64,000 bases of DNA from Mobula hypostoma (GCF_963921235.1 NC_086097.1:102116001-102180000), one strand, 5' to 3'; positions 42,001 to 54,256 are shown, counted from the first letter of the stretch. Program-made: numbers and translations. Notes: a model not told the origin generated them from the letters alone.

Positions 42001-45000
42001 CCCACACTGCCGATAAACTCCTTTCAGCACGTTTACTCTCCCCCCACAGCGGGGATAAACTCCTTTCAGCACGTTTACCCTCCCCCCACACCGGGGATAA
42101 ACTCCTTTCAGCACGTTTACCCTCCCCCCACACCGGGGATAAACTCCTTTCAGCACGTTTACTCTCCCCCCACACCGGGGATAAACTCCTTTCATCACGT
42201 TTACTCTCCCCCCACACCGGGGATAAACACCTTTCAGCACGTTTACTCTCCCCCCACACCGGGGATAAACTCCTTTCAGCACGTTTACTCTCCCCTCACA
42301 CCGGGTATAAACTTCTTTCAGCACGTTTACTCTCCCCCCACACCGGGGATAAACTCCTTTCAGCACGTTTACTCTCCCCCCACACCGCCGATAAACTCCT
42401 TTCAGCACGTTTACCCTCCCCCCACACCGGGGTTAAACTCCTTTCAGCACGTTTACCCTCCCCCCCACACCGCCGATAAACTCCTTTCAGCACGTTTACA
42501 CTCCCCCCACACCGGGGATAAACTCCTTTCAGCACGTTTACCCTCCCCCCACACCGGGGATAAACTCCTTTCAGCACGTTTACTCTCCCCCCACACCGGG
42601 GATAAACTCCTTTCAGCACGTTTACCCTCCCCCCACACCGGGGATAAACTCCTTTCAGCACGTTTACCCTCCCCCCACACCGGGGATAAACTCCTTTCAG
42701 CACGTTTACTCTCCCCCCACACCGGGGATAAACTCCTTTCAGCACGTTTACTCTCCCCCCACACCGGGGATAAACACCTTTCAGCACGTTTACTCTCCCC
42801 CCACACCGGGGATAAACTCCTTTCAGCACGTTTACTCTCCCCTCACACCGGGTATAAACTCCTTTCAGCACGTTTACTCTCCCCCCACACCGGGGATAAA
42901 CTCCTTTCAGCACGTTTACCCTCCCCCCACACCGGGGATAAATTCCTTTCAGCACGTTTACTCACCCCCCACACCGGGGATAAACTCCTTTCAGCACGTT
43001 TACCCTCCCCCCACACCGGGGATAAACTCCTTTCAGCACGTTTATTCTCCCCCTACACCGGGGATAAACTCCTTTCAGCACGTTTACCCTCCCCCCACAC
43101 CCGGGATAAACTCCTTTCAGCACGTTTACTCTCCCCCCACACCCGGGATAAACTCCTTTCAGCACGTTTACTCTCCCCCCCACACCGGGGATAAACTCCT
43201 TTCGGCACGTTTACTCTCCCCCCACACCCGGGATAAACTCCTTTCAGCACGTTTACTCTCCCCCTACACCGGGGATAAAGTCCTTTCAGCAAGTTTACTC
43301 TCCCCCCACACCGGGGATAAACTCCTTTCAGCACGTTTACCCTCCCCCCACACCGGGGATAAACTCCTTTCAGCACATTTACTCTCCCCCCACACCGGGG
43401 ATAAACTCCTTTCAGCACGTTTACTCTCCCCCCCACACCAGGGATAAACTCCTTTCATCACGTTTACTCTCCCCCCACACCGCCGATAAACTCCTTTCAG
43501 CAGGTTTACTCTCCCCCCCACACCGGGGATAAACTCCTTTCAGCACGTTTACTCTCCCGCCACACCGGGGATAAACTCCTTTCAGTACGTTTACCCTCCC
43601 CCAGCACCGGGGATAAACTCCTTTCAGCACGTTTACTCTCCCCCCACACCGGGGATAAACTCCTTTCAGCACGTTTACTCTCCCCCCACACCGGGGATAA
43701 ATTCCTTTCAGTACGTTCACTCTCCCCCCCACACCGGGGATAAACTCCTTTCAGCACGTTTACCCTCCCCCCACACCGGGGATAAACTCCTTTCAGCACG
43801 TTTACCCTCCCCCTACACCGGGGACAAACTCCTTTCAGCACGTTTACCCTCCCCCCACACCGGGGATAAACTCCTTTCAGCACGTTTACCCTCCCCGCCA
43901 CACCGGGGATAAACTCCTTTCAGCACGTTTACCCTCCCCCCCACACCGGGGATAAACTCCTTTCAGTACGTTTACCCTCTCCCCCAGACCGGGGATAAAC
44001 TCCTTTCAGTACGTTTCCTCTCCCCGCCACACCGGGGATAAACTCCTTTCAACACGTTTACTCTCCCCCCACACCGGGGATAAACTCCTTTCAGCACGTT
44101 TACTCTCCCCCCCACACCGGGGATAAACCCCTTTCAGTACGTTCACTCTCCCCGCCACACCGGGGATAAACTCCTTTCAGCACGTTTACTCTCCCCCCAC
44201 ACCGGGGATAAACTCCTTTCAGCACGTTTACTCTCCCCCCACACCGCCGATAAACTCCTTTCAGCACGTTTACCCTCCCCCCACACCAGGGATAAACTCC
44301 TTTCAGCACGTTTACCCTCCCCCCACACCAGGGATAAACTCCTTTCAGCACGTTTACTCTCCCCCCCCCCCAGCGGGGATAAACTCCTTTCAGCACGTTT
44401 ACCCTCCCCCCACACCGGGGATAAACTCCTTTCAGCACGTTTACTCTCCCCCCCCCCCAGCGGGGATAAACTCCTTTCAGCACGTTTACTCTCCCCCACA
44501 CTGCCGATAAACTCCTTTCAGCACGTTTACTCTCCCCCCACACCGGGGATAAACTCCTTTCAGCACGTTTACTCTCCCCCCCCCCACACCGGGGATAAAC
44601 TCCTTTCAGCACGTTTACTCTCCCCCCACACCGGGGATAAACTCCTTTCAGCACGTTTACCCTCCCCCCACACCGTGGATAAACTCCTTTCAGCACGTTT
44701 ACCCTCCCCCTACACTGGGGATAAACTCCTTTCAGCACGTTTACTCACCCCCCACACCGGGGATAAACTCCTTTCAGCACGTTTACTCTCCCCCCACACC
44801 GGGGATAAACTCGTTTCAGCACGTTTACTCTCCCCCACACCGGGGATAAACTCCTTTCAGCACGTTTACTCTCCCCCCACACCGGGGATAAACTCCTTTC
44901 AGCACGTTTACTCTCCCCCCACACCGGGGATAAACTCCTTTCAGCACGTTTACTCTCCCCCCACACCGCCGATAAACTCCTTTCAGCACGTTTACCCTCC

Positions 45001-47383
45001 CCCCACACCCGGGATAAACTCCTTTCAGCACGTTTACTCTCCCCCTACACCGGGGATAAACTCCTTTCAGCACGTTTACTCTCCCCCCGCCCCAGCGGGG
45101 ATAAACTCCTTTCAGCACGTTTACTCTCCCCCACACTGCCGATAAACTCCTTTCAGCACGTTTACTCTCCCCCCACAGCGGGGATAAACTCCTTTCAGCA
45201 CGTTTACCCTCCCCCCACACCGGGGATAAACTCCTTTCAGCACGTTTACACTCCCCCCACACCGGGGATAAACTCCTTTCAGCACGTTTACTCTCCCCCC
45301 ACACCGGGGATAAACTCCTTTCATCACGTTTACTCTCCCCCCACACCGGGGATAAACACCTTTCAGCACGTTTACTCTCCCCCCACACCGGGGATAAACT
45401 CCTTTCAGCACGTTTACTCTCCCCTCACACCGGGTATAAACTCCTTTCAGCACGTTTACTCTCCCCGCACACCGGGGATAAACTCCTTTCAGCACGTTTA
45501 CTCTCCCCCCACACCGGGGATAAACTCCTTTCAGCACGTTTACCCTCCCCCCACACCGGGGATAAACTCCTTTCAGCACGTTTACTCTCCCCCCACACCG
45601 GGGATAAACTCCTTTCAGTACGTTTACTCTCCCCCCACACCGGGGATAAACTCCTTTCAGCACGTTTACTCTCCCCCCACACCAGGGATAAACTCCTTTC
45701 AGCACGTTTACTCTCCCCCTACACCGGGGATAAACTCCTTTCAGCACCTTTACTCTCCCCCCCCCCAGCGGGGATAAACTCCTTTCAGCACGTTTACTCT
45801 CCCCCCACACCGGGGATAAACTCCTTTCAGCACGTTTACTCTCCCCCCACACCGGGGATAAACTCCTTTCAGCACGTTTACTCTCCCCCCCACACCGGGG
45901 ATAAACTCCTTTCAGCACGTTTATCCTCCCCCCCACACCGGGGATAAACTCCTTTCAGCACGTTTACTCTCCCCCCACACCGGGGATAAACTCCTTTCAG
46001 CACGTTTACTCTCCCCCCACACCGGGGATAAACTCCTTTCAGCACGTTTACCCTCCCCCCACACTGGGGATAAACTCCTTTCATCACGTTTACTCTCCCC
46101 CCTCACTGGGGATAAACTCCTTTCAGCACGTTTACACTCCCCCCCACACCGGGGATAAACTCCTTTCAGCACGTTTACTCTCCCCCCACACCGGGGATAA
46201 ACTCCTTTCAGCACGTTTACCCTCCCCCCACACCGGGGATAAACTCCTTTCAGCACGTTTACCCTCCCCCCACACCGGGGATAAACTCCTTTCAGCACGT
46301 TTACTCTCCCCCCACACCGGGGATAAACTCCTTTCAGAACGTTTACTCTCCCCCCACACCGGGGATAAACTCCTTTCAGCACGTTTACCCTCCCCCCACA
46401 CCGGGGATAAACTCCTTTCAGCACGTTTACCCTCCCCCCACACCCGGGATAAACTCCTTTCAGCACGTTTACTCTCCCCCCCACACTGGGGATAAACTCC
46501 TTTCAGCACGTTTACCCTCCCCCCATACCGGGGATAAACTCCTTTCAGCACGTTTACTCTCCCCCCACACCGCCGATAAACTCCTTTCAGCACGTTTACA
46601 CTCCCCCCACACCGGGGATAAACTCCTTTCAGCACGTTTACCCTCCCCCCACACCGGGGATAAACTCCTTTCAGCACGTTTACTCTCCCCCGACACCGGG
46701 GATAAACTCCTTTCAGCACGTTTACTCTTCCCCCACACCGGGGATAAACTCCTTTCAGCACGTTTACCCTCCCCCCCCCCACACCGCCGATAAACTCCTT
46801 TCAGTACGTTTACTCTCCCCCCACACCGGGGATAAACTCCTTTCAGCATGTTTACTCTCCCCCCACACCGGGGATAAACTCCTTTCAGCACGTTTACCTC
46901 CCCCCACACCGGGGATAAACTCCTTTCAGCACGTTTACCCTCCCCCCTCACCGGGGATAAACTCCTTTCAGCACGTTTACTCTCCCCCCACACCGGGGAT
47001 AAACTCCTTTCAGCACGTTTACTCTCCCCCCACACCGGGGATAAACTCCTTTCAGCACGTTTACCCTCCCCCCACACCCGGGATAAACTCCTTTCAGCAC
47101 GTTTACTCTCCCCCCCACACTGGGGATAAACTCCTTTCAGCACGTTTACTCTCCCCCCACACCGGGGATAAACTCCTTTCAGCACGTTTACCCTCCCCCC
47201 ACACCGGGGATAAACTCCTTTCAGCACGTTTACTCTCCCCCGACACCGGGGATAAACTCCTTTCAGCACGTTTACTCTCCCCCCCCACACCGGGGATAAA
47301 CTCCTTTCAGCACGTTTACTCTCCCCCCACACCGGGTATAAACTCCTTTCAGCACATTTACTCTCCCCCTACACCGGGGATAA
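24067..47383. repeat. Tandem satellite/minisatellite array, 42-bp monomer CCGGGGATAAACTCCTTTCAGCACGTTTACTCTCCCCCCACA, about 555 copies, intronic in MIDEAS
   Basis: Directly visible head-to-tail repeats. Copy number estimated as length/42. Main variants are TACTCT vs TACCCT and C-run length. Confidence 0.99.
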
Positions 47384-48100
47384 GCTGCTTTGCTCCTTTT
47401 ACCCCACCAGGTGACACATCTAGAACACTTTCCCGTAGTTACAACAGGATCTCACCTCCAGCCACATCCTGCTTTCTGCAAAGATCACTCTTTCCATGAC
47501 TTCTGGCTCCACTGTTCCCTCCCACTCCCCAGACATTTTCTCTACAGCCAGAGAGGAGTAACACTTGTCCCTACACCATCCAGGGCCTTTTCAGGTCAGG
47601 CAGCTGCTTCCTCCAAGCATGTTTATTGCATTCAGTGCTCTCGATGTGGCCTTCGGTGAGACCAAGCACAGTCTAAGCTTTGCGAAACTCCTGTGCTTTC
47701 ATCCACCGTGCCCCATCTGGATCCACCTGTTGCCAGATATTTTAATTCCCTTCCACACTGGCCCATTTATCCTCAGCCTCCTTCACCACCAGCATGAGGC
47801 CAAACACAATCTAGCAGAACCGTAGCTCATATACTGCCTGGTTAATCTACAGCCGATAGCATAACATCAAAATCTGCAACTTTGGTAACCTGCTCCCTGT
47901 CCTTTCTTTCTGATATACGCATTCCTCCCAAATTTGTCCCTGCCCCCATCACCCTGCACTTCACCTCCCTCTCCAAACACACACATGCCCATCAATCCAC
48001 TTATCCCCTCCTGCTATTGTTCTCATTGCCATCCCTACCTCCCTTATTTACTTCCCACTCCACTTCCCTTTCTTATCATATTCCATCATCCACATTCCTT
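47384..48100 (+). mobile_element. Old degenerate Penelope-like element, linker, GIY-YIG endonuclease remnant and pyrimidine-rich 3' region (right of the array)
   Basis: ORF 47390..47659 AFCKDHSFHDFWLH...VYCIQCSRCGL matches AFRRDCSLRDSLVH...IYCVQCSRCGLLYIGET of the young copy. Right boundary approximate. Confidence 0.78.
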
Positions 48101-48633
48101 TCTGCATGGGAAGTTGAGCTTCTCTATGTTTATAGAACTGTTCTGCTTTTTTGAAGAAGCATCAAGAATGGACGACAAAGGTATGGCAGAGGATATTGTC
48201 TCTTCATTTTCGCCAGTTGTAGTAAAGCCAACAATAGCTTTTTAACACCTCTACCGTAAGTACCAATTGATCTTGTGAGTAAGGAATTCAAATACATACA
48301 ATGATCAATGGAAATTCTGTATAAAAATAGCAGTTTGCTGTTCCAAGTTCAGAACGGTGTGGGTGACACTGCGTGATGGTGGTCTCTTTATGCACAAGTA
48401 AAATAAAAGAGAATGCTTGAGATGTAAGAGTGCCTGTGTTCTGGGCCAGTTACTGTATCACTGGCAACAACAGTTACTTCAACACAAGGTTTTTGACCAA
48501 GTCCTGCCTGGTAAACTGGTCACATACAATCGAGGAGACAACAGGAATTCTGCAGATGCTGGAAATTCAAGCAACACACATCAAAGTTGCTGGTGAACGC
48601 AGCAGGCCAGACAGCATCTGTAGGAAGAGGTAC

Positions 48634-48669
48634 AGTCGATGTTTCAGGCCGAGACCCTTCGTCAGGACT
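48634..48669 (-). ncRNA. Minimal type I hammerhead ribozyme motif (Penelope terminus)
   Basis: Minus strand AGTC-CTGACGA-AGGGTCTCGGCCT-GAAAC-ATC-GACT: CUGANGA and GAAA core, stem I AGTC/GACT, stem II hairpin. Confidence 0.72.
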
Positions 48670-50858
48670 AACTGAACAAAGAGATAGTAAGAGATTTAAA
48701 AGTTGGAGGGGGAGGGGGAGATACAAAATGATAGGAGAAGATGGGGGTGGGGGGAGGGATGGAGCCAAGTGCTGGACAGTTGATTGGCAAAGGGGATATG
48801 AGAGGATCATGGGACAGGAGGTCCGGGGAAAAAGACAAGGGGGGGGAACCCAGAGGATGGGCAAGGGGTATAGTCAGAGGGACAGAGGGAGAAAAAGGAG
48901 AGTGAGAGAAAGAATGTGTGTATAAAAATAAATAACGGATGGGGTACGAGGGGGAGGTGGGGATGGCATTAGTGGAAGTTGGAGAAGTCGATGTTCATGC
49001 CATCAGGTTGGAGGCTACCCAGACGGAATATAAGGTGTTGTTCCTCCAACCTGAGTGTGGCTTCATCTTTACAGTAGAGGAGGCCGTGGATAGACATGTC
49101 AGAATGGGAACGGGATGTGGAATTAAAATGTGTGGCCACTGGGACATCCCGCTTTCTCTGGCGGACAGAGCGTAGGTGTTCAGCAAAGCGGCCTCCCAGT
49201 CTGCGTCGGGTCTCGCCAATATATAGAAGGCCACATCAGGAGCACCGGACACAGTATATTACCCCAGCCGACTCACAGGTGAACTGTTGCCTCACCTGGA
49301 AGGACTGTCTGGGGCCCTGAATGGTGGTAAGGGAGGAAGTGTAAGGGCATGTGTAGCACTTGTTCCACTTACAAGGATAAGTGCCAGGAGGGAGATCAGT
49401 GGGGAGGGATGGGGGGGACAAATGGACAAGGGAGTCGCGTAGGGAGCAATCCCTGCGGAAAGCAGAGAGAGTGGGGGAGGGAAAGATGTGCTTAGTGGTG
49501 GGATCCCGTTGGAAGTGACAGAAGTTACGGAGAATAATATGTTGGACCCGGACGCTGGTGGGGTGGTAGGTGAGGACCAGGGGAACCCTATTCCTAGTGG
49601 GGTGACGGGAGGATGGAGTGAGAGCAGATGTGCGTGAAATGGGGGAGATGCGTTTGAAAGCAGAGTTGATAGTGGAGGAAGGGAAGCTCCTTTCTTTAAA
49701 AAAGGGCATCTCCCTCATCCCGGAATGAAAAGCCTCATCCTGAGAGCAGATGTGGCGGAGACGGAGGAATTGCGAGAAGGGGATGGCATTTTTGCAAGAG
49801 ACAGGATGAGAAGAGGAATAATCCAGATAGCTGTGAGAGTCAGTAGGCTTATAGTAGACATCAGTGGATAAGCTGTCTCCAGAGACAGAGACAGAAAGAT
49901 CTAGAAAGGGGAGGGAGGTGTCGGAAATGGACCAGGTAAACTTGAGGGCAGGGTGAAAGTTGGAGGCAAAGTTAATAAAGTCAACGAGCTCAGCATGCGT
50001 GCAGGAAACAGCGCCAATGCAGTCGTTGATGTAGCGAAGGGAAAGTGGGGGACAGATACTAGAATAGGCATGGAACATAGATTGTTCCACAAAGCCAACA
50101 AAAAGGCAGGCATAGCTAGGACCCATACAGGTGCCCACAGCTACACCTTTAGTTTGGAGGAAGTGGGAGGAGCCAAAGGAGAAATTATTAAGAGTAAGGA
50201 CTAATTCCGCTAGACGGGCCCCAGACAGTCCTTCCAGGTGAGGCGACACTTCACCTGTGAGTCGGCCGGGGTGATATACTGCGTCCAGTGCTCCCGATGT
50301 GGCCTTCTATATATTGGCGAGACCCGACGCAGACTGGGAGACCACTTTGCTGAACACCTACGCTCTGTCCGCCAGAGAAAGCAGGATGTCCCAGTGGCCA
50401 CACATTTTAATTCCACATCCCATTCCCATTCTGACATGTCTATCCACGGCCTCCTCTACTGTAAAGATGAAGCCACACTCAGGTTGGAGGAACAACACCT
50501 TATATTCCGTCTGGGTAGCCTCCAACCTGATGGCATGAACATTGACTTCTCTAATTTCCACTAATGCCCCACCTCCCCCTCGTACCCCATCCGTTATTTA
50601 TTTTTATACACACATTCTTTCTCTCACTCTCCTTTTTCTCCCTCTGTCCCTCTGTCTATACCCCTTGCCCATCCTCTGGGTTCCCCCCGCCCTTGTCTTT
50701 CTCCCCGGACCTCCTGTCCCATGATCCTCTCATATCCCCTTTGCCAATCACCTGTCCAGCTCTTGGCTCCATCCCTCCCCCTCCTGTCTTCTCCTATCAT
50801 TTTGTATCTCTCCCTCCCCCTCCCACTTTCAAATCTCTTACTAACTCTTCCTTCAGTT

Positions 50859-50894
50859 GGTCCTGACGAAGGGTCTCGGCCTGAAACGTCGACT
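50859..50894 (+). ncRNA. Minimal type I hammerhead ribozyme motif (Penelope terminus)
   Basis: GGTC-CTGACGA-AGGGTCTCGGCCT-GAAAC-GTC-GACT, with GUC cleavage triplet and palindromic ACGT in place of stem III. Confidence 0.75.
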
Positions 50895-50959
50895 GTACAT
50901 TTTCCTAGAGATGCTGCCTGGCCTGCTGGAATCGAGGAGAACTAGTTAGTCCACCTGAT

Positions 50960-51200
50960 ACTTTCCAGCTTCTGTTGGTATTCTCATTCTCTCCTCCTCC
51001 ATCTGCCTATCATCTCTCCTCCCCTGGATCCATCTACCAGCTCTTTCGACCCCTTTCCCTCATTTCATTATAACTGGCTCTCTTCCCTTTACCTTTCAGT
51101 CCAGATGAAAGGTTTTGACCCAAAACACTGACTGTCCATTTCCCTCCACAGATGCTGACTGACCCTCTGACGTCCTCCAGCAGTTTTTCCAACATTTGCA
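50960..51200 (+). mobile_element. Old Penelope 3' terminus with a decayed hammerhead core
   Basis: CAGTC-CAGATGA-AAGGTTTTGACCC-AAAAC-ACT-GACTG at about 51097-51134, followed by the GATGCTG..TGACC terminal motif. Confidence 0.55.
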
Positions 51201-51959
51201 GTCTGAGTCTTCATTAAACTATGTCATCTGGCATCTCAAACACAATGCTTTAGTATTGAGGGAAAGCTATGTGGTCAAAGAGGACATTTTTGAGATACTT
51301 GTGAAAGATTGCACAGTACTATTTAAAGGAGTGCAGAGAGATCTCTCTGGTGTCCTGAGAAGTTGTATCTTTCAATCAAAATTATTAAACCGATTATCTG
51401 CTCACTGACAATTGAATGACCCAAAATACAACAACATCTAATTGTAAAAACCACTTAATTGCCTTTAAAGTGCTCTGACATGTTGTGAGATCCTGACAGT
51501 CAACATTGAGAAGCAGTTCCTCTTGCTATACCATTTCAACATTCACCCTACCAACAATACCAAGTAACAGCTATCTGAAAACGCCACAGAATATCACAGA
51601 CAATCCTTGTCTGTACATCTGTGTGTAACTTCAAGCAACACAGCTACCAAGCTGAGTTACAAAGAGAAGAACAATAGTTTTAAGTCAGGCAGTTGAACCG
51701 TGAATAAATGAGAAAAGATAGTCATCTGAAAGGTTAACTCAGATTCTCTCCTCACAGATGCTGCATGACCTTCTGAGCATTTCCAGTATTTTCTTGTTAG
51801 TTTACTAAATGGCCCCTTATCAAATTATCTGCAGTACACTGAAAAGAGGTCAACCACAAGTAATTAACATAAGCCTCTGACCCTGCAATCTACAACTCCA
51901 ACTCATTGCACCAGATTAACACAGGCTGCAAAACCCCACTCATTCCCCACAAACCTCAC

Positions 51960-52133
51960 CTGAGTCAAGATCACCTTCTTGTGATCAGGTTTGTATTCTT
52001 CTTTATCTTCCTCTACTTCCTCTTCTTCCTCATCCTCTTCCTCCTCTTCCAACTCATCCTCTTTCTCCTCCTCCGATAATTCATTCTTAAAATCTTCTGC
52101 AAGAGGAATTCGGGCTTTTCGTCGGAGTGAAAC
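51960..52133 (-). CDS. MIDEAS: MIDEAS exon, acidic low-complexity region: VSLRRKARIPLAEDFKNELSEEEKEDELEEEEEDEEEEEVEEDKEEYKPDHKKVILTQ
   Basis: Poly-T tract then ggcag| acceptor, CAG|gtgagg donor, 174 nt, phase 0-0. Positionally matches the Glu-rich post-SANT region. Confidence 0.82.
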
Positions 52134-52571
52134 CTGCCAAAAAAAAAAAAATCGCAATCCGAGTAAGAGATTCAGGTTGTAGATGCACCCTAAGACCGCA
52201 CAGAAGGATCTCGGCTTGACCAAGTGTTCAAGCTTAACATCAAGACCACTTCAACAGAATGTCTCCAGCCCCTTGGTGTGAACATAGAATTCTCCAACTT
52301 CTGGTAATTCCCTCCCCCTCCTTTCCTCTACCCCTATGTCACTCTGCCCCCTCCCCCAGCTGCCTATCACCTCCCTCATGATTCCGCCTCCTTCTACTAC
52401 CCATTGTGTTTTCCCCTATTCCTTCTTCACCTTTCCTGCCTATCATCTCCCTGCTTCACCTCCCCCATCCCTTTATCTTTCCCCTTACTGGTTTTTCACC
52501 TGGAACCTACCAGCCTTCTCCTTCCCACCCTCCCCCCACCTTCCTTATAGGGCCTCTGCCCCTTCCCTCTA

Positions 52572-52609
52572 CAGTCCTGACGAAGGGTTCCGGCCCGAAA
52601 CATCGACTG
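52572..52609 (+). ncRNA. Minimal type I hammerhead ribozyme motif in a solo Penelope 3' fragment (about 52255-52645)
   Basis: CAGTC-CTGACGA-AGGGTTCCGGCCC-GAAAC-ATC-GACTG, 5-bp stem I. Confidence 0.72.
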
Positions 52610-53651
52610 ATCATTTCCACGGATGCTGCCCGACCTGCTGAGTTGTGAGTGTTGCTCTCTCTAGTTTAACTCTTGCTCAATCACATTCTCAAATACAGAT
52701 TAATAATTTGTATTATTTTAATTCCTCCAACATTAAAATATCACACTGTAACTGCAAATTATTGTAGATTATAAAGGTGATCTTTACATTGATAAATATA
52801 TCCCAAAGCAGAAAATAAAATTTAAGCTGAGTCTCAGATGGCCTGAGATGGGCTTTCAGGAGCAGTAGGAAGTAGAGGGGCTGAGAGATTTGGCCCAGTT
52901 CCACAGACTTTAACACATTTATTTCAATTCTCCAGTGCGAGGAGCTTTCTGCTTTTGTCTTCAGTACACAATTTAATATTACACTACAAGAATGCAATTA
53001 GGAACTGGGAATAAATGCTGGTGGTGTCAACCACACCTAGATGGTACACCCACTGTCAACATCCAGATCTGTGTAGATTACACCAAGGTACCAGGTAATG
53101 GGACCGGCCAATCAATTAATCCAGATCCAAAGGCAGCGCCACCATCAAACCCTTATTAGATCAGTATGGACCAAAAACCCTTGGCACCAGCAACTAAAAC
53201 ATTAGTTACAATGGCTGGGAACCCTGTAGTAAGTGACACCTTCTCCCACCCCCAAAAAAATGTTTCCACCATCAACAAGAAACAAAACTCAAAAGTATAT
53301 CACAGTACTCTCTACTTGCCTGACGAATTAAACCGTAACAACAAAATCTAGTCTGATATTCGGGGAAAGACAACATATTTTAACAATCTGCAATCCACTA
53401 CCTTAAATAATTCACTTCTTCTGTCATCACACCATTACTCCACTCCATTTCTGCTCATTTCCTTACACTCCCGTATGAAATGAACCCATGTTCCAATTAT
53501 CCTTCAAATTTTTTCCCAAGTTTTTATCGTGTCATGTCGAGACTATAAATGCTGTTCTAAGGTTGGATTTTCTACAGGCAACAGATGAAGTTCACCGTTT
53601 GGGCAGCATCAGCAAGATGAAGGAATTACTGACACTTTGGGTCAAAACCCT

Positions 53652-54256
53652 ATAACCATATAACAACTACAGCACGGAAACAGGCCATCTCAGCCCTTCT
53701 AGTCCGTGCTGAACTCTTACTCTCACCTAGTCCCACCGACCTGCACTCAGCCCATAACCCTCCATTCCTTTCCTGTCCATATATCTATCCAGTTTAACTT
53801 TAAACGACAACATCGAACCTGCCTCAACCACTTCTGCTGGAAGCTCGTTCCAAACAGCTACCACTCTCTGAGTAAAGAAGTTCCCCCTCATGTTACCCCT
53901 AAACTTTTGCCCTCTAACTCATGTCCTCTTGTTTGAATCCCCCCCCACTCTCAATGGAAAAAGCCTATCCATGTCAAGTCTATCTATCCCCCTCGTAATT
54001 TTAAATACCTCTATCAAGTCCCCCCTCAACCTTCCACGTTCCAAAGAATAAAGACCCAACTCGTTCAACCTTTCTCTGTAACTTAGGTGATGAAACCCAG
54101 GTAACATTCTAGTAAATCTTCTCTGTAGATTTAGTTGACATCTTTCCTATAATTCGGTGACCAGAACTGTACACTATACTCCAAATTTAGCCTTACCAGT
54201 GCCTTGTACAATTTCAACATTACACCCCAACTCCTATACTCAATGCTCTGATTTTT
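53652..54256 (-). mobile_element. CR1 3' fragment of the same subfamily as 5435-8517
   Basis: Near-identical to 5437-6055; ORFs 53706 and 5491 translate almost identically. Confidence 0.9.

Larger units (their letters stand above)
48539..50929 (-). mobile_element. Young Penelope-like retroelement: 5'-truncated minus copy (RT C-term, GIY-YIG, terminus; 48539-50215) plus inverted plus-strand copy (50216-50929)
   Basis: ORF 49236..50249 (GVAVGTCMGPSYACLF, LRYINDC, FLD) and ORF 50238..50564 (VIYC..C..CGLLYIGET, GIY-YIG). TSD AATCGAGGAGA at 48528-48538 and 50930-50940. Confidence 0.93.

Noticed and set aside
24003..47332. Dozens of long ORFs encoding (VNVLKGVYPRCGGR)n, (SKRAERSLSPVWGE)n or (PGINSFQHVYSPPT)n
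   Set aside because: Artefact of a 42-bp unit divisible by three and stop-free in several frames. Frames switch at each C-run indel, and the MIDEAS exons on either side join in phase without them.
24067..47383. CRISPR array (GGGGATAAAC-containing hairpin repeats)
   Set aside because: The sequence between hairpins is constant, there are no unique spacers, leader or cas genes, and the context is a vertebrate intron.
53652..54256. Segmental duplication of 5437-6055
   Set aside because: Identity is confined to a CR1 3' end with scattered substitutions and unrelated flanks, consistent with independent insertions of one subfamily.
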